Positions 14,593 to 23,107 of a stretch of 36,355 nucleotides of DNA are shown one piece after another. This DNA comes from a virus. The notes below the pieces were generated by a model that saw only the letters and a list, made by a program, of their open reading frames with translations, ran no database searches and had not been told where the DNA came from. Each line of letters opens with the position of its first letter. Position 1 is the first letter of the stretch. The stretch is taken from positions 1-36,355 of IMG/VR virus record IMGVR_UViG_3300021399_000307. One strand, written 5' to 3'. The position numbers and the translations under genes are program-made.

Positions 14593-16516
14593 CTCGCACC
14601 TTAACGCGCTGGGCGGTATTGGCTATTTCAAGGTCGCTATAAACGAGGAATACGCGCTGATTTTGGTACAATCGTTCTTCCTCCCTTTGCCCGGTCACAT
14701 TTCTTACTTGGGCCACATACGGGGAGAAGGCCGGGGCGGGCACGGCTGCGCTGTAGGAATCATTCCCTACCTTGACTGAGTTCATTTGCTTCACCTGTGC
14801 GTACCCGGCTGCGAGGACGGCGGCGGCGTTCATCGGGGCGAGGACTGCCTTGACCGAGAGGGGCAGTTCGGCCGCAGACCAGGTGGAGGTGAAGGCGGAT
14901 ACCGCTCCATTGATAGTAGAAAGGATGGCACTCGCAATCTTGAACCCCTTTGCCTTCTTCGCGGCGGCTTCGTCCGCATCGGCATCGGCTTCGTAGATGT
15001 CGGCAATCGCCCCGGACAAATCGGACAGGGTGGAGGTGTAACCCATAAACGTAGCCAGCCGCTCCCGCTTGATTCTCTTTTCTTCTTCGAGGGCGTTCCA
15101 CTCGGCATCCAACTCCGCTTGCAGGGTTTCCGTCACCACATCCAGTTCGCTCTCGTTCAACTGCTCCAAGAAATCAAAGAATTGTTTGTCATTTTCCTCT
15201 TGCAGCTTCCGGGCATCGGCCAGCAGGGACTCCCGGCGCTTCCGCTCCTTCTCCAAGTCGTCCCAAGTGGCAAGGGTAATCTTCGCCGCTTCGACCTCCT
15301 TCTCTGCCGTCTTTATAGCCGTGGACTGCTGCTCCCGGAGGGTGGTTTCGATTTCCCGGTTCAGCCGTCGGCGGGTCTTGGCAAATTCACTCCGCTTGCG
15401 GATATAGTCGGCTTCGTACTGCGCGAGTTTGTCGTTGACCTCCTTGCTATTCTCGGTCAGTTGGGACTCCTGCAGTGCGAGTTGCCAGCGGCGGTAAGCC
15501 AAGTCCACTTCGTTCTGGAATATCTGTTCTTCCTTCGCGGCGGCATCCCGCAGCATCTTCTCCCGCTCCTTTGCCGTGTGTTCGGTTTTCTTCGCGGCTT
15601 CCGCCCGCAATTCGTCCGCTTCCGCTTGGAGCCGGGCATTGGCCACCATATACTCCCGGTTCAGTTTCGTAATCTCCTGCGATTCGTTCTCCATCTGCAT
15701 CCGGGCATCGGATAACTCCTTGTTGAGAAGTCCCCACTTGATAAGCAGATTTCCTACCCATTCCACCACGCCCGCGATGGCGTTGGCGAAGGCTTGCAGG
15801 GTTCGTTGCGCGGCATCCGCGAGTGGCTTAAAGGCGGCAAGGGCCGTATTGAATCGGTTGGTAGCCCCTTCGCTGGAGGACATCGCCTCCATCACCTTGT
15901 TCAGCACATTCGCCAAAAGCCCCAAGATAGCGATGACCGGGGTAGCAGACAGGGCCTTCAACCCGGAGGTCATATTGGCAATCGGGTTGATAACCGAACC
16001 AGCAGCCCCGGCGGTCTTTTTGAATCCGTCGGATATACCATCAAGCGCGGATTTATAGTTACCCACGTTGCGCCCGAACTTGCCCCGGTCTTCATCAAAC
16101 TGCTTTAAAGCAGAATTAATGGACTGTATTTGCTCCCCGAGGTCTTTGCGCTTGGTGGCATCCTCCGTGGCCCGGAACTCTTGGTCAAGTTCGGCCATCT
16201 TCTTGACCAGCCCGTTGTAGGAGTAGTTCATATCCTTAACGAGCTTATTCTGCGAATCAAAGACAATATTCGCACCCTTCGCCGCGCGGACGACTTCCTC
16301 CATCGAAGCGGAAGTCCCGTACATCGCATTCTTCAGCGCGGCTTGGTTGGCCTGTAAATCGGAGAGAGTGCTCTTATATTTCTCCGAACCGATTTCAAGT
16401 TCAGCAAGTTGGTCCTTATACGCCTTGATATTATCTTTCAGTTCGGCGATATTTTTGACCGCATCCCGAGTGCCGTCATCGTTGACTTGTACCCGGAGAA
16501 TAGTTACATCTTCCAT
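14579..16516 (-). CDS. tape-measure-like / internal coiled-coil virion protein
   Basis: Track ORF of 645 aa. It has long heptad-rich helices plus hydrophobic segments (PVIAILGLLANVL, AVLAPMNAAAVLAAGYA). Confidence 0.55.
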   Translation of the reverse strand: MEDVTILRVQVNDDGTRDAVKNIAELKDNIKAYKDQLAELEIGSEKYKSTLSDLQANQAALKNAMYGTSASMEEVVRAAKGANIVFDSQNKLVKDMNYSYNGLVKKMAELDQEFRATEDATKRKDLGEQIQSINSALKQFDEDRGKFGRNVGNYKSALDGISDGFKKTAGAAGSVINPIANMTSGLKALSATPVIAILGLLANVLNKVMEAMSSSEGATNRFNTALAAFKPLADAAQRTLQAFANAIAGVVEWVGNLLIKWGLLNKELSDARMQMENESQEITKLNREYMVANARLQAEADELRAEAAKKTEHTAKEREKMLRDAAAKEEQIFQNEVDLAYRRWQLALQESQLTENSKEVNDKLAQYEADYIRKRSEFAKTRRRLNREIETTLREQQSTAIKTAEKEVEAAKITLATWDDLEKERKRRESLLADARKLQEENDKQFFDFLEQLNESELDVVTETLQAELDAEWNALEEEKRIKRERLATFMGYTSTLSDLSGAIADIYEADADADEAAAKKAKGFKIASAILSTINGAVSAFTSTWSAAELPLSVKAVLAPMNAAAVLAAGYAQVKQMNSVKVGNDSYSAAVPAPAFSPYVAQVRNVTGQREEERLYQNQRVFLVYSDLEIANTAQRVKVRETEF

Positions 16517-19140
16517 CAGTATTGATTCTTGTAGTTAGCAATGTCACGAACCTGTACGAACTCGCACTCCGCAGGGTCGAAGGTGGTCAGCGAGTAGTTG
16601 GAGATTTTATTGAGCATCCAAAGGCTTCCCCGATACCAGTAGAACTTCCGCAATGCTTCCGGGCCGGGGCGGTCAATCCACGCCTTGCAGGTCATCACCT
16701 TCCCGTGAACGTTCAGCCTGTCCCGGATATACTGCTGCCACGCCTGTTCATAGATGTTATAACCCGCCGCGTATCGGATGCCCGGAATATCCACCTCCCG
16801 CGGGAATCCGAAGTCCAGCAGCAACTCCGGGTCTTGCCCCCGGTGGGTGTACCTTGTGAATTGGGGAATATCCAACCCGTACTCGTTGAAGGCCGCAATC
16901 CAGCACGGCCCGCCGTTCACGGCATCCATCACCGGGAGGTCATCGGACAATCCGAAGTGCGGGTAGTTCAAAGAGTAGTTGAAGAACAGAAGCACATCTG
17001 CCCCGTCTATCCCCTTGTTCTCGCCGTCCCGGAACTCGGCCCGGCTCACAAGGTCATACCCCGGATAAGTGGTGTTCAGCGGGTCAAGGCTCGCCCCGGC
17101 GGGAAGGACAATATCGGTGTCCAGATTCTCGCTTCCGTTCCATAGGGTATAAGTCCCGCCGTCAATGAACGGGGACGGATAGAAGTCGTTATTATCCAAG
17201 ATGGAGTACCAATACTTGCCCCGGTCTTGCACCGCTGCGCATGATTTCAGCACCAATCCCGCGAGAAGGTCTTTGACTTCCGCGTCGAAATCATAGCCCG
17301 TGTCCACTCGCTGGATGCCGTACTGCACCCCCTCGGTATTGAGGTATTCTTCCTCGAATCTCCCCCCGACACTCTCCGTCTTGAACTCGTACCATTTGGA
17401 ATCGAAGGCCACGGGATTGATAACCACAGAATCGGCATCTATCCTGTCCGTCAAGTCCTCGGTTTCATTCACGAAGAAGGATTTGCGTTTGAGGATGGTG
17501 ACTTGCTTGGTGGCACTATCCGCGAGGATATACAACCCGAAGGACTTACACAGGGCAAGGAGGTATTCTGCCGGAGTTCCGGAGGTCGAAAGGAGCATCC
17601 GCTTGGTGATATACGCGCCGCTCCGCAGGGTTTCGGTCGAAGTGCTGGTGGCGGTACAACTGCCCTCCGTTGCCGCCCAAGCATCGGGGTTGTAGGCATT
17701 CGCGGAATCATACCACAGGATAGTCCCGGAGCCGGTTCCGCCCGCGAACGAATAGACACCGCCACCCAAGAGAATATAGGCGCGGTATGCCGTGACCTCA
17801 ATGTCAATCCGCGCAATGTTCACCCCGGTTATCTCGCACTCCAAATCCCGCTGCCGGACATAGTAGCCATTATCCAGCGAGTAGGAATGGTCAACATCTG
17901 CAGAAGCGAAGCCCGCATTCCCTTTCGGGATGAACCCAAAGGCGCTTGCAAGGGTTTCGGCATCGGCCACATTCGCGCTCTTGTAGTACGCCTTGACCGG
18001 GCCAGCGGCTACCTGTGTGTTATCGCTTGCATATCCTACCGCTTGCACGAACAGGACTTGCTGCTCAATCCCGGCTGGGACATACGACTGCGCCCGCTTC
18101 TCATCCCAAGACCGCAGGGGCGTTCTCGGCGATGCCCCCGGCACAGAATAACGCAGATTGCACCTGACCCGGGCAGTCACTTCCGCTCCGCTGGGGACAT
18201 TCGCCAGCGCAAAACGCCCGATAACGTTCCCGGAGGAATACTGCACGAAAGTCCCCGTGATGGATTCCGTCATTTGCTTATAAGTCCCCAAACTCGGCAG
18301 CAAAGGCCGGGTTATCCAAGTGTCAAGATATGGCACATCGGAGAGGTCGGAGAGGTCAACACTCCACCCGCCGTTATTATTCCCGTCCGCGATGGCGTCC
18401 AGCAGTTTCCGAACCGAGAGGACGGGCCGCTGGAGGTAGGAACGGAGGTCTTTCGCCGCCCATTCGTCCACATTATCGGGATAATTAATCAAGCATACCC
18501 CGTTGTTGGTGGTATAGGTCTTGCCGTCTTTGGTTATTGAACTCTGCAGCCCAAAAACACTTGGTTCTGCCACGGCCTTATCAGCGGAGAAGTTCTCCGG
18601 GATTCCGTTATAGCAGGGCGCGAAGTTGATAACGTCCCACTTCTCCGGCTTGCTGGCATCTCCCTCCAATCGCGCCCACGCATCTGCGACGGCTTCCTTG
18701 TTGATAACGAAGTCCAAGTCCACGCCGTAGTCCAAGTCCGCAAGTGTCATCTTCTCCCCGGACGGGGTGAAAGACAGATTGTAGATGAAATCCCCAAGCC
18801 CCCCGAACAGGGACACGGAGTAGGTGTCTTTCGTGACAGAGTTGAGTTTCAGATAACCCGCGTAGATTATTTCCCCGGAATCGGCATAGAGGGCAAAGGA
18901 GGTTCTTTGTGATGCGTTGAACTGCGCACCCGTGCCGCCACCCCCGGCCAGCCGGTCGGCGCGGAAGGAGTGCCCGAATATCCTGTCATTCGCTGGGGTC
19001 GCGGGGAGGTCTATATCCTGCGTCCAAGAGTTCTTCAAGACCGCCGGATTGGTGAGGTCAGTAATGGCGTAGTTCAAGAGAACGAACCCGTCCTCCGTCA
19101 TATCCGCCTTCTGACCTCCGATGTAAAGTGTCAATCTCAT
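16516..19140 (-). CDS. large tail-associated structural protein (874 aa)
   Basis: Track ORF. It is beta-rich, sits between other tail genes and overlaps the upstream stop (ATGA). No catalytic motif was recognised. Confidence 0.5.
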   Translation of the reverse strand: MRLTLYIGGQKADMTEDGFVLLNYAITDLTNPAVLKNSWTQDIDLPATPANDRIFGHSFRADRLAGGGGTGAQFNASQRTSFALYADSGEIIYAGYLKLNSVTKDTYSVSLFGGLGDFIYNLSFTPSGEKMTLADLDYGVDLDFVINKEAVADAWARLEGDASKPEKWDVINFAPCYNGIPENFSADKAVAEPSVFGLQSSITKDGKTYTTNNGVCLINYPDNVDEWAAKDLRSYLQRPVLSVRKLLDAIADGNNNGGWSVDLSDLSDVPYLDTWITRPLLPSLGTYKQMTESITGTFVQYSSGNVIGRFALANVPSGAEVTARVRCNLRYSVPGASPRTPLRSWDEKRAQSYVPAGIEQQVLFVQAVGYASDNTQVAAGPVKAYYKSANVADAETLASAFGFIPKGNAGFASADVDHSYSLDNGYYVRQRDLECEITGVNIARIDIEVTAYRAYILLGGGVYSFAGGTGSGTILWYDSANAYNPDAWAATEGSCTATSTSTETLRSGAYITKRMLLSTSGTPAEYLLALCKSFGLYILADSATKQVTILKRKSFFVNETEDLTDRIDADSVVINPVAFDSKWYEFKTESVGGRFEEEYLNTEGVQYGIQRVDTGYDFDAEVKDLLAGLVLKSCAAVQDRGKYWYSILDNNDFYPSPFIDGGTYTLWNGSENLDTDIVLPAGASLDPLNTTYPGYDLVSRAEFRDGENKGIDGADVLLFFNYSLNYPHFGLSDDLPVMDAVNGGPCWIAAFNEYGLDIPQFTRYTHRGQDPELLLDFGFPREVDIPGIRYAAGYNIYEQAWQQYIRDRLNVHGKVMTCKAWIDRPGPEALRKFYWYRGSLWMLNKISNYSLTTFDPAECEFVQVRDIANYKNQY

Positions 19141-20099
19141 CGCCTGTACTGCTCCCGGGCCAGCCGGGCATTGAAAGTGTAGTTGGTGAACCTATCCCTG
19201 TACTCGGTGTCCGTGTTTTCAAGGTTGACCGGGATAAATACTTGTTCCTCCAAGTCGTAGAGGTAGACGAAAGGAGAGTTTAGAAGATGGTGCATCTTGT
19301 CCCCGCAGGTCAGCCAATCGGTAATCAATTCCCACGAAGGGGACACCTCGACGGCGTAGTCCCTCGCGCCCCGGTTGGACGGGTCGCTGTTGTCATAATC
19401 GTACTTCGTGGTGTGCCGGGTGAGGTTATCCGTTCTCTTGCCGTGGGCCAGCACCAGCGAATCCCAGCCGCCGTAGGCGTTGATATAATAGACCGCATAC
19501 CGGGCGCACGTTTTCTTGACTTGATAAGTGATAGTCCCCACTTGAACGGACACCAGATTATCAAAGGGGGCGAGGTCTATGATAGCAGCCCCGCCGATTG
19601 CGCTGGATGCTTCCGTGGAAAAATCCTCGTTGAAATCGTTATTGAAGTCTGCCGTCCTTTGGATGGGTCTTACAACCTGTGCGCTTGTTCCGTCCCCGAA
19701 GTAGAGGGTAGCCGTTATCTGCGTCCCCGTGATCGCGGAGAGGATGAGCGGCTGGCGGGAATCAAGCGCCCCCAGCGGAACGGACAGGGGCATCGTGTCC
19801 GGGTCGAAACTGAAATCGTAAGACCAGTCGTTGTAGAAGATAATAGATTCCACCAAAGTTCCCCCGACGTAGATGTCGAACTGCTGCGCCATTGCGAAGG
19901 GCGTGAACCCCTGCCCCGGCGGCAGGAGGTGTGCGAGGTAGTCAGCCGCGATGTCGTTTATCTTGACCCGGATGGTGTCCTCATCGGGACGGAGGTAGGC
20001 CCGCCCGGAGAAGATGACCGCCCCGTACACTTGCACCTCATAGTCCCGGGCCGCGTTCGCTCCAAGGTCAATGTAGTAGTCCTTCCAAATCGGTTGCAT
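19137..20099 (-). CDS. tail-associated structural protein (320 aa)
   Basis: Track ORF trimmed to MQPIWKDYYIDLG (ATG at 20099). The 114 upstream codons of the track ORF overlap the previous gene and the regulatory region. Confidence 0.5.
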   Translation of the reverse strand: MQPIWKDYYIDLGANAARDYEVQVYGAVIFSGRAYLRPDEDTIRVKINDIAADYLAHLLPPGQGFTPFAMAQQFDIYVGGTLVESIIFYNDWSYDFSFDPDTMPLSVPLGALDSRQPLILSAITGTQITATLYFGDGTSAQVVRPIQRTADFNNDFNEDFSTEASSAIGGAAIIDLAPFDNLVSVQVGTITYQVKKTCARYAVYYINAYGGWDSLVLAHGKRTDNLTRHTTKYDYDNSDPSNRGARDYAVEVSPSWELITDWLTCGDKMHHLLNSPFVYLYDLEEQVFIPVNLENTDTEYRDRFTNYTFNARLAREQYRR

Positions 20100-20110
20100 A
20101 TCGTAGTCTT

Positions 20111-20201
20111 TTCCGTGAAATAGAAAACGAGCGCAAATCGTTTCCGAATGCGCTCTAAAACTCGATTTCCCGGCCTTGAAAGGTTCGGGGGTATAATTTA
20201 T
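20111..20201 (-). promoter_or_regulatory. late upstream region: Box A (20111-20123), hairpin (20127-20153), Box B (20154-20168), Box C (20172-20201)
   Basis: The minus strand reads ATAAATTATACCCCCGAACCTTTCAAGGCCGGGAAATCGAGTTTTAGAGCGCA..TGCGCTC..TCTATTTCACGGAAAAGACTACGATATG. Confidence 0.5.
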
Positions 20202-20221
20202 CGTCTTTTGCTTTAAGGCCG

Positions 20222-20713
20222 CTATTTGGCCACTATTTTGCGGATATAGTCTTTCATATCGTGGCCCAGAGCTTCCGCAATTCTCTGCCTGTATCTCTCC
20301 GTCACGTTCATCTTCGCTTCTGTGAGGTCTGCCCGGCCCTTCGTCCCGAACTGCTGAATCTTGTGGGCCAGCGCGTAGGCGAGTGACCGCTGCTCCGGGA
20401 GGGTTGCCGGGCGGGGGAATCCCGGCTTGATTTGAATCCACTCCAGCAGTTTGCTGACGGGCGGGAACTTCCTTCCCGGATTCCCGGTGTACCAGCCCTT
20501 CGTGCCGTATTCAATATACTTCCAGTACTCCTTCAAGTTCAGCACCACCTCAAAGGCGTTGTCCCCGTACTCCACGCGGGCGGTCATCGTGTTAATCAGT
20601 TCCCCGGACGCGGGACGGCCATCCATTTCGAGGTTGGCGATGTACTCCTGCCGGACGGCTTCGGCGTATTCCTCCAAGACTTCCCGGAGGTTGTCAAGGT
20701 TCATCAGTTCCAT
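20222..20713 (-). CDS. HK97 gp10-like head-tail joining / tail completion protein
   Basis: Track ORF of 163 aa. SGELINTMTARVEYGDNAFEVVLNLKEYWKYIEYGT fits the gp10-family pattern. Confidence 0.5.
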   Translation of the reverse strand: MELMNLDNLREVLEEYAEAVRQEYIANLEMDGRPASGELINTMTARVEYGDNAFEVVLNLKEYWKYIEYGTKGWYTGNPGRKFPPVSKLLEWIQIKPGFPRPATLPEQRSLAYALAHKIQQFGTKGRADLTEAKMNVTERYRQRIAEALGHDMKDYIRKIVAK

Positions 20714-20716
20714 ATA

Positions 20717-20998
20717 TCAATGATTCTTTTTCCACTTCTCAATCTTGGCCTTTTCCTCGGCCTGCTTGTCCCTCCGATACGCAAGGAGGTTCAGAAACTC
20801 CAGCGCTGGCAGATTCCATACCTTGTCCCACTCGCAGCGCAGGGTCTCGCTGACCGCATCCACGCAGCTTATCCATCCCCATCTTTTCGCAAAAGGGCTG
20901 ACATCTTCTTCCTCCGTTTCGGGTTGGTCTCCCGCTTGATTGTCCTCTCCAAAGAGCGTCGGGTAGTTATGATTAACTCGGCGGACTTGTTCAAAAAA
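20717..20998 (-). CDS. -1 frame extension of the 20869..21468 gene (predicted trans-frame product of about 250 aa)
   Basis: Own translation from the U9 run: FEQVRRVNHNYPTLFGEDNQAGDQPETEEEDVSPFAKRWGWISCVDAVSETLRCEWDKVWNLPALEFLNLLAYRRDKQAEEKAKIEKWKKNH. Its stop lies 3 nt before the next ATG (20713). Confidence 0.55.
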   Translation of the reverse strand, partial: FFEQVRRVNHNYPTLFGEDNQAGDQPETEEEDVSPFAKRWGWISCVDAVSETLRCEWDKVWNLPALEFLNLLAYRRDKQAEEKAKIEKWKKNH

Positions 20999-21468
20999 AA
21001 AGCCGACAGATTCAGCGCGTCTTGCACGGATAGGTCCTCCCGGATGGCGTTCTGTACTTCGACCACATCATAGCCGTCATTGTACTTCATCCCCTCCGGG
21101 ACAAGGAAGCAGGACAGAATCTCCACAAGTTTTTTATCCCCCTCCGTGGCGAGGGTCTGGAAGTCCATGTACTGCGCCGTGGTTATTTTCCGCAAGTCCC
21201 CGGTCGGGATAAGGGTGAACTTCCCGGCGTGGTACTTCGATGCAATCCTCCCTGTCTTGGTCACGGGCGTTTGCAGGTAGTTGGTCTTTGCTGCGAGTTG
21301 GGAGTACTCCGCGATTGGGAGGTTCAGCAGTTCTCTTTCAGACAGGCCCGTGAGGATGGACAGGACGGCTACTTGGCGGTCGATGTCGCTCTCTATCGAA
21401 TTGGCCTTGATGATGTCCTCGTACTTTCCGAGGGACAGGTCTTTATAGTTATCGATGCAAGGTATCAT
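20869..21468 (-). CDS. 0-frame product (199 aa), possible tail-assembly-chaperone-like protein
   Basis: Track ORF with its ATG at 21468 (the track start is TTG). Without a frameshift, 155 nt would be left non-coding downstream in an otherwise gap-free operon. Confidence 0.6.
   Translation of the reverse strand: MIPCIDNYKDLSLGKYEDIIKANSIESDIDRQVAVLSILTGLSERELLNLPIAEYSQLAAKTNYLQTPVTKTGRIASKYHAGKFTLIPTGDLRKITTAQYMDFQTLATEGDKKLVEILSCFLVPEGMKYNDGYDVVEVQNAIREDLSVQDALNLSAFFLNKSAELIITTRRSLERTIKRETNPKRRKKMSALLRKDGDG
20993..21001 (-). other. U9 slippery run (GCU UUU UUU UUG) - candidate -1 frameshift site
   Basis: There are nine A on the plus strand. In the 0 frame the run reads T TTT TTT, a perfect X XXY YYZ heptamer. 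Confidence 0.6.
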
Positions 21469-22663
21469 ACGTTCTTTGTCTTGATGCAAAACCGATGGTA
21501 TAGTTCCCGGTGTTTTTCCCGGCGAACTGCGTGTAGAGGGCGTACCTCAAAGCATCCGGGCCGTGTGACCATTCGTGTATCGGATAGTCGGTAAGGTTCC
21601 CGTCCTTGTCCTTCTCGAAGCAGTAGTTTCGGAGGTCTTTGATGAGGTCAAGGGAATCCTTCGTGACAAATAATTTCCAGCCCTGCATCCACTGGATTTG
21701 AAACTTCCGCTTGTCACTTCTAACAGGGGCAGATTTGTCGCAGGGCCTTATCTTCAACCCGGTGGCATCGCCGATTTCCTTGATGCTCTTGGGGTCTTCG
21801 CAGTCGGCCCAGATATTCACATACCTCCCCGGCGGGTCGGATACCAACTTGGCCGTGATATGCTCGTTCTTCATCGCCCGCTCGTAGCACTTCTGTTGGA
21901 CATAGGCAACTTTCCGTCCGGGGTCGGCCAGCACCTTGACAATCGCCGTAGGGTCTTGAAAGCCGAAGTCCATTCCCCATACCTCCGTCAAGTCCTCATT
22001 CTCCGGGAGTTTGTCAATGAGTTGGAAGTCGGGGTAGATAAGGCCCTCCAAAGAACCCACAAGCCCCAAACCATACACCCGCCACCAATTCGCGTCCCCT
22101 TGATTGGCTTCGATTTCCCGCACCTGCTCCGGGGAGAGAAAGGAATTGTCCTTGTAGGTGGAGTGAATCGTGACGCACTCCTGCCGGGATTCTATTTGCT
22201 CCTGCACCCAGCCTTCGTGTGTAGGGTTGTAGTCCATCAGCACCAGCCCACGGGTACGGACAAATAACTGCCGGGCGATTTCCCACGGGATATTCTGTAC
22301 CTCATTGAGGAAAAGCCTGTCACGGGCCGGGCCGTGCACCTTCGCCGGGGCATCTGCCGAGAAGAACTCAATCCGGCTTCCGTTCCGCAGGGTGTAGATG
22401 CTCTCTCCCTTGCTCCAGCAGTCCTCGTCCCATAAGTCACCCAGCACCTCCCGGAAATCACGAATCGCGCCACGTTTGAGGTGCGGGAAGGTCTCGGACA
22501 CTACACTCGTTATCGTGGGCCGGGTATCGGACAGGGCCAACTTGAAAATGAACTGCAAGGCGGCGAAGGTCTTACCACTTCGCGTGCCGCCGCAGGACGA
22601 AACAAACCGCTCCGTCCTGCCGACTGCATCCACCAGCCTGTCATATACCGGGGTCGTGGTCAT
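21449..22663 (-). CDS. terL: terminase large subunit
   Basis: Track ORF. It has a Walker A motif (GGTRSGKT) and nuclease-half strings (WGMDFGFQDPTA, HGPDALRYA). The ATG at 22663 overlaps the TerS stop (ATGA); the track start is GTG. Confidence 0.9.
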   Translation of the reverse strand: MTTTPVYDRLVDAVGRTERFVSSCGGTRSGKTFAALQFIFKLALSDTRPTITSVVSETFPHLKRGAIRDFREVLGDLWDEDCWSKGESIYTLRNGSRIEFFSADAPAKVHGPARDRLFLNEVQNIPWEIARQLFVRTRGLVLMDYNPTHEGWVQEQIESRQECVTIHSTYKDNSFLSPEQVREIEANQGDANWWRVYGLGLVGSLEGLIYPDFQLIDKLPENEDLTEVWGMDFGFQDPTAIVKVLADPGRKVAYVQQKCYERAMKNEHITAKLVSDPPGRYVNIWADCEDPKSIKEIGDATGLKIRPCDKSAPVRSDKRKFQIQWMQGWKLFVTKDSLDLIKDLRNYCFEKDKDGNLTDYPIHEWSHGPDALRYALYTQFAGKNTGNYTIGFASRQRTYDTLHR

Positions 22664-23058
22664 TCGCCTTTCTTCCACTTATTGAAGGCTTCCTGCTCCT
22701 CCTTCGATACCAGCACCGGGACTTCCTTCGTGAACCCGATTTCGGACACCTGCTTCGGCTTCCCGAACAAGCGGTCAAGGATGTCACTTGTGTAGATGCC
22801 CGCCGTCTTACCCATCATCCCCTTCGCGTACACCTGAATCAAGTAACCGAACTCCGGGAGTTCCTCGGCGGTCTTGTTCAGGTACTCCGCTGCCGTCTTT
22901 TGGTCGGGCAGGGTCAACGCGTGGTACAGGGCCGCGTACACCTTCTCCCGGGCATCGGGCGGGATGGACTTTAACTTGGGCTTCCTGCCCGCCCCGGCTG
23001 GCTGATTCGTGGCCGAAAAGCGGTTGCCAATCTTGTTCCCTTTTTCAAATCGTCCCAT
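22660..23058 (-). CDS. putative terminase small subunit (DUF5681-like N-terminus)
   Basis: Track ORF of 132 aa. It has KGNKIGNRFSATNQPAGAGRKP at the N-terminus and lies directly upstream of and coupled to terL. Confidence 0.5.
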   Translation of the reverse strand: MGRFEKGNKIGNRFSATNQPAGAGRKPKLKSIPPDAREKVYAALYHALTLPDQKTAAEYLNKTAEELPEFGYLIQVYAKGMMGKTAGIYTSDILDRLFGKPKQVSEIGFTKEVPVLVSKEEQEAFNKWKKGE

Positions 23059-23077
23059 CGTAGAAAAATCGTTGATA

Positions 23078-23099
23078 TTTGCCGTCTAAAACTCGATTT
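23078..23099 (-). promoter_or_regulatory. Box B copy upstream of the packaging genes
   Basis: The minus strand reads AAATCGAGTTTTAGACGGCAAA, 20 nt upstream of the ATG at 23058. Confidence 0.4.
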
Positions 23100-23107
23100 A
23101 CCGGGCC

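Noticed and set aside
2046-20123. Many long plus-strand ORFs in the track (e.g. 2046..2999, 9755..10546, 11945..12985, 13017..13880, 14786..15715, 17503..18540, 19287..20123).
   Set aside because: Each is antisense to a recognisable minus-strand gene. They translate to low-complexity R/G/P/H/V/L-rich strings and lack promoter or start context. The sequence is GC-rich enough to make stop-free antisense frames common.
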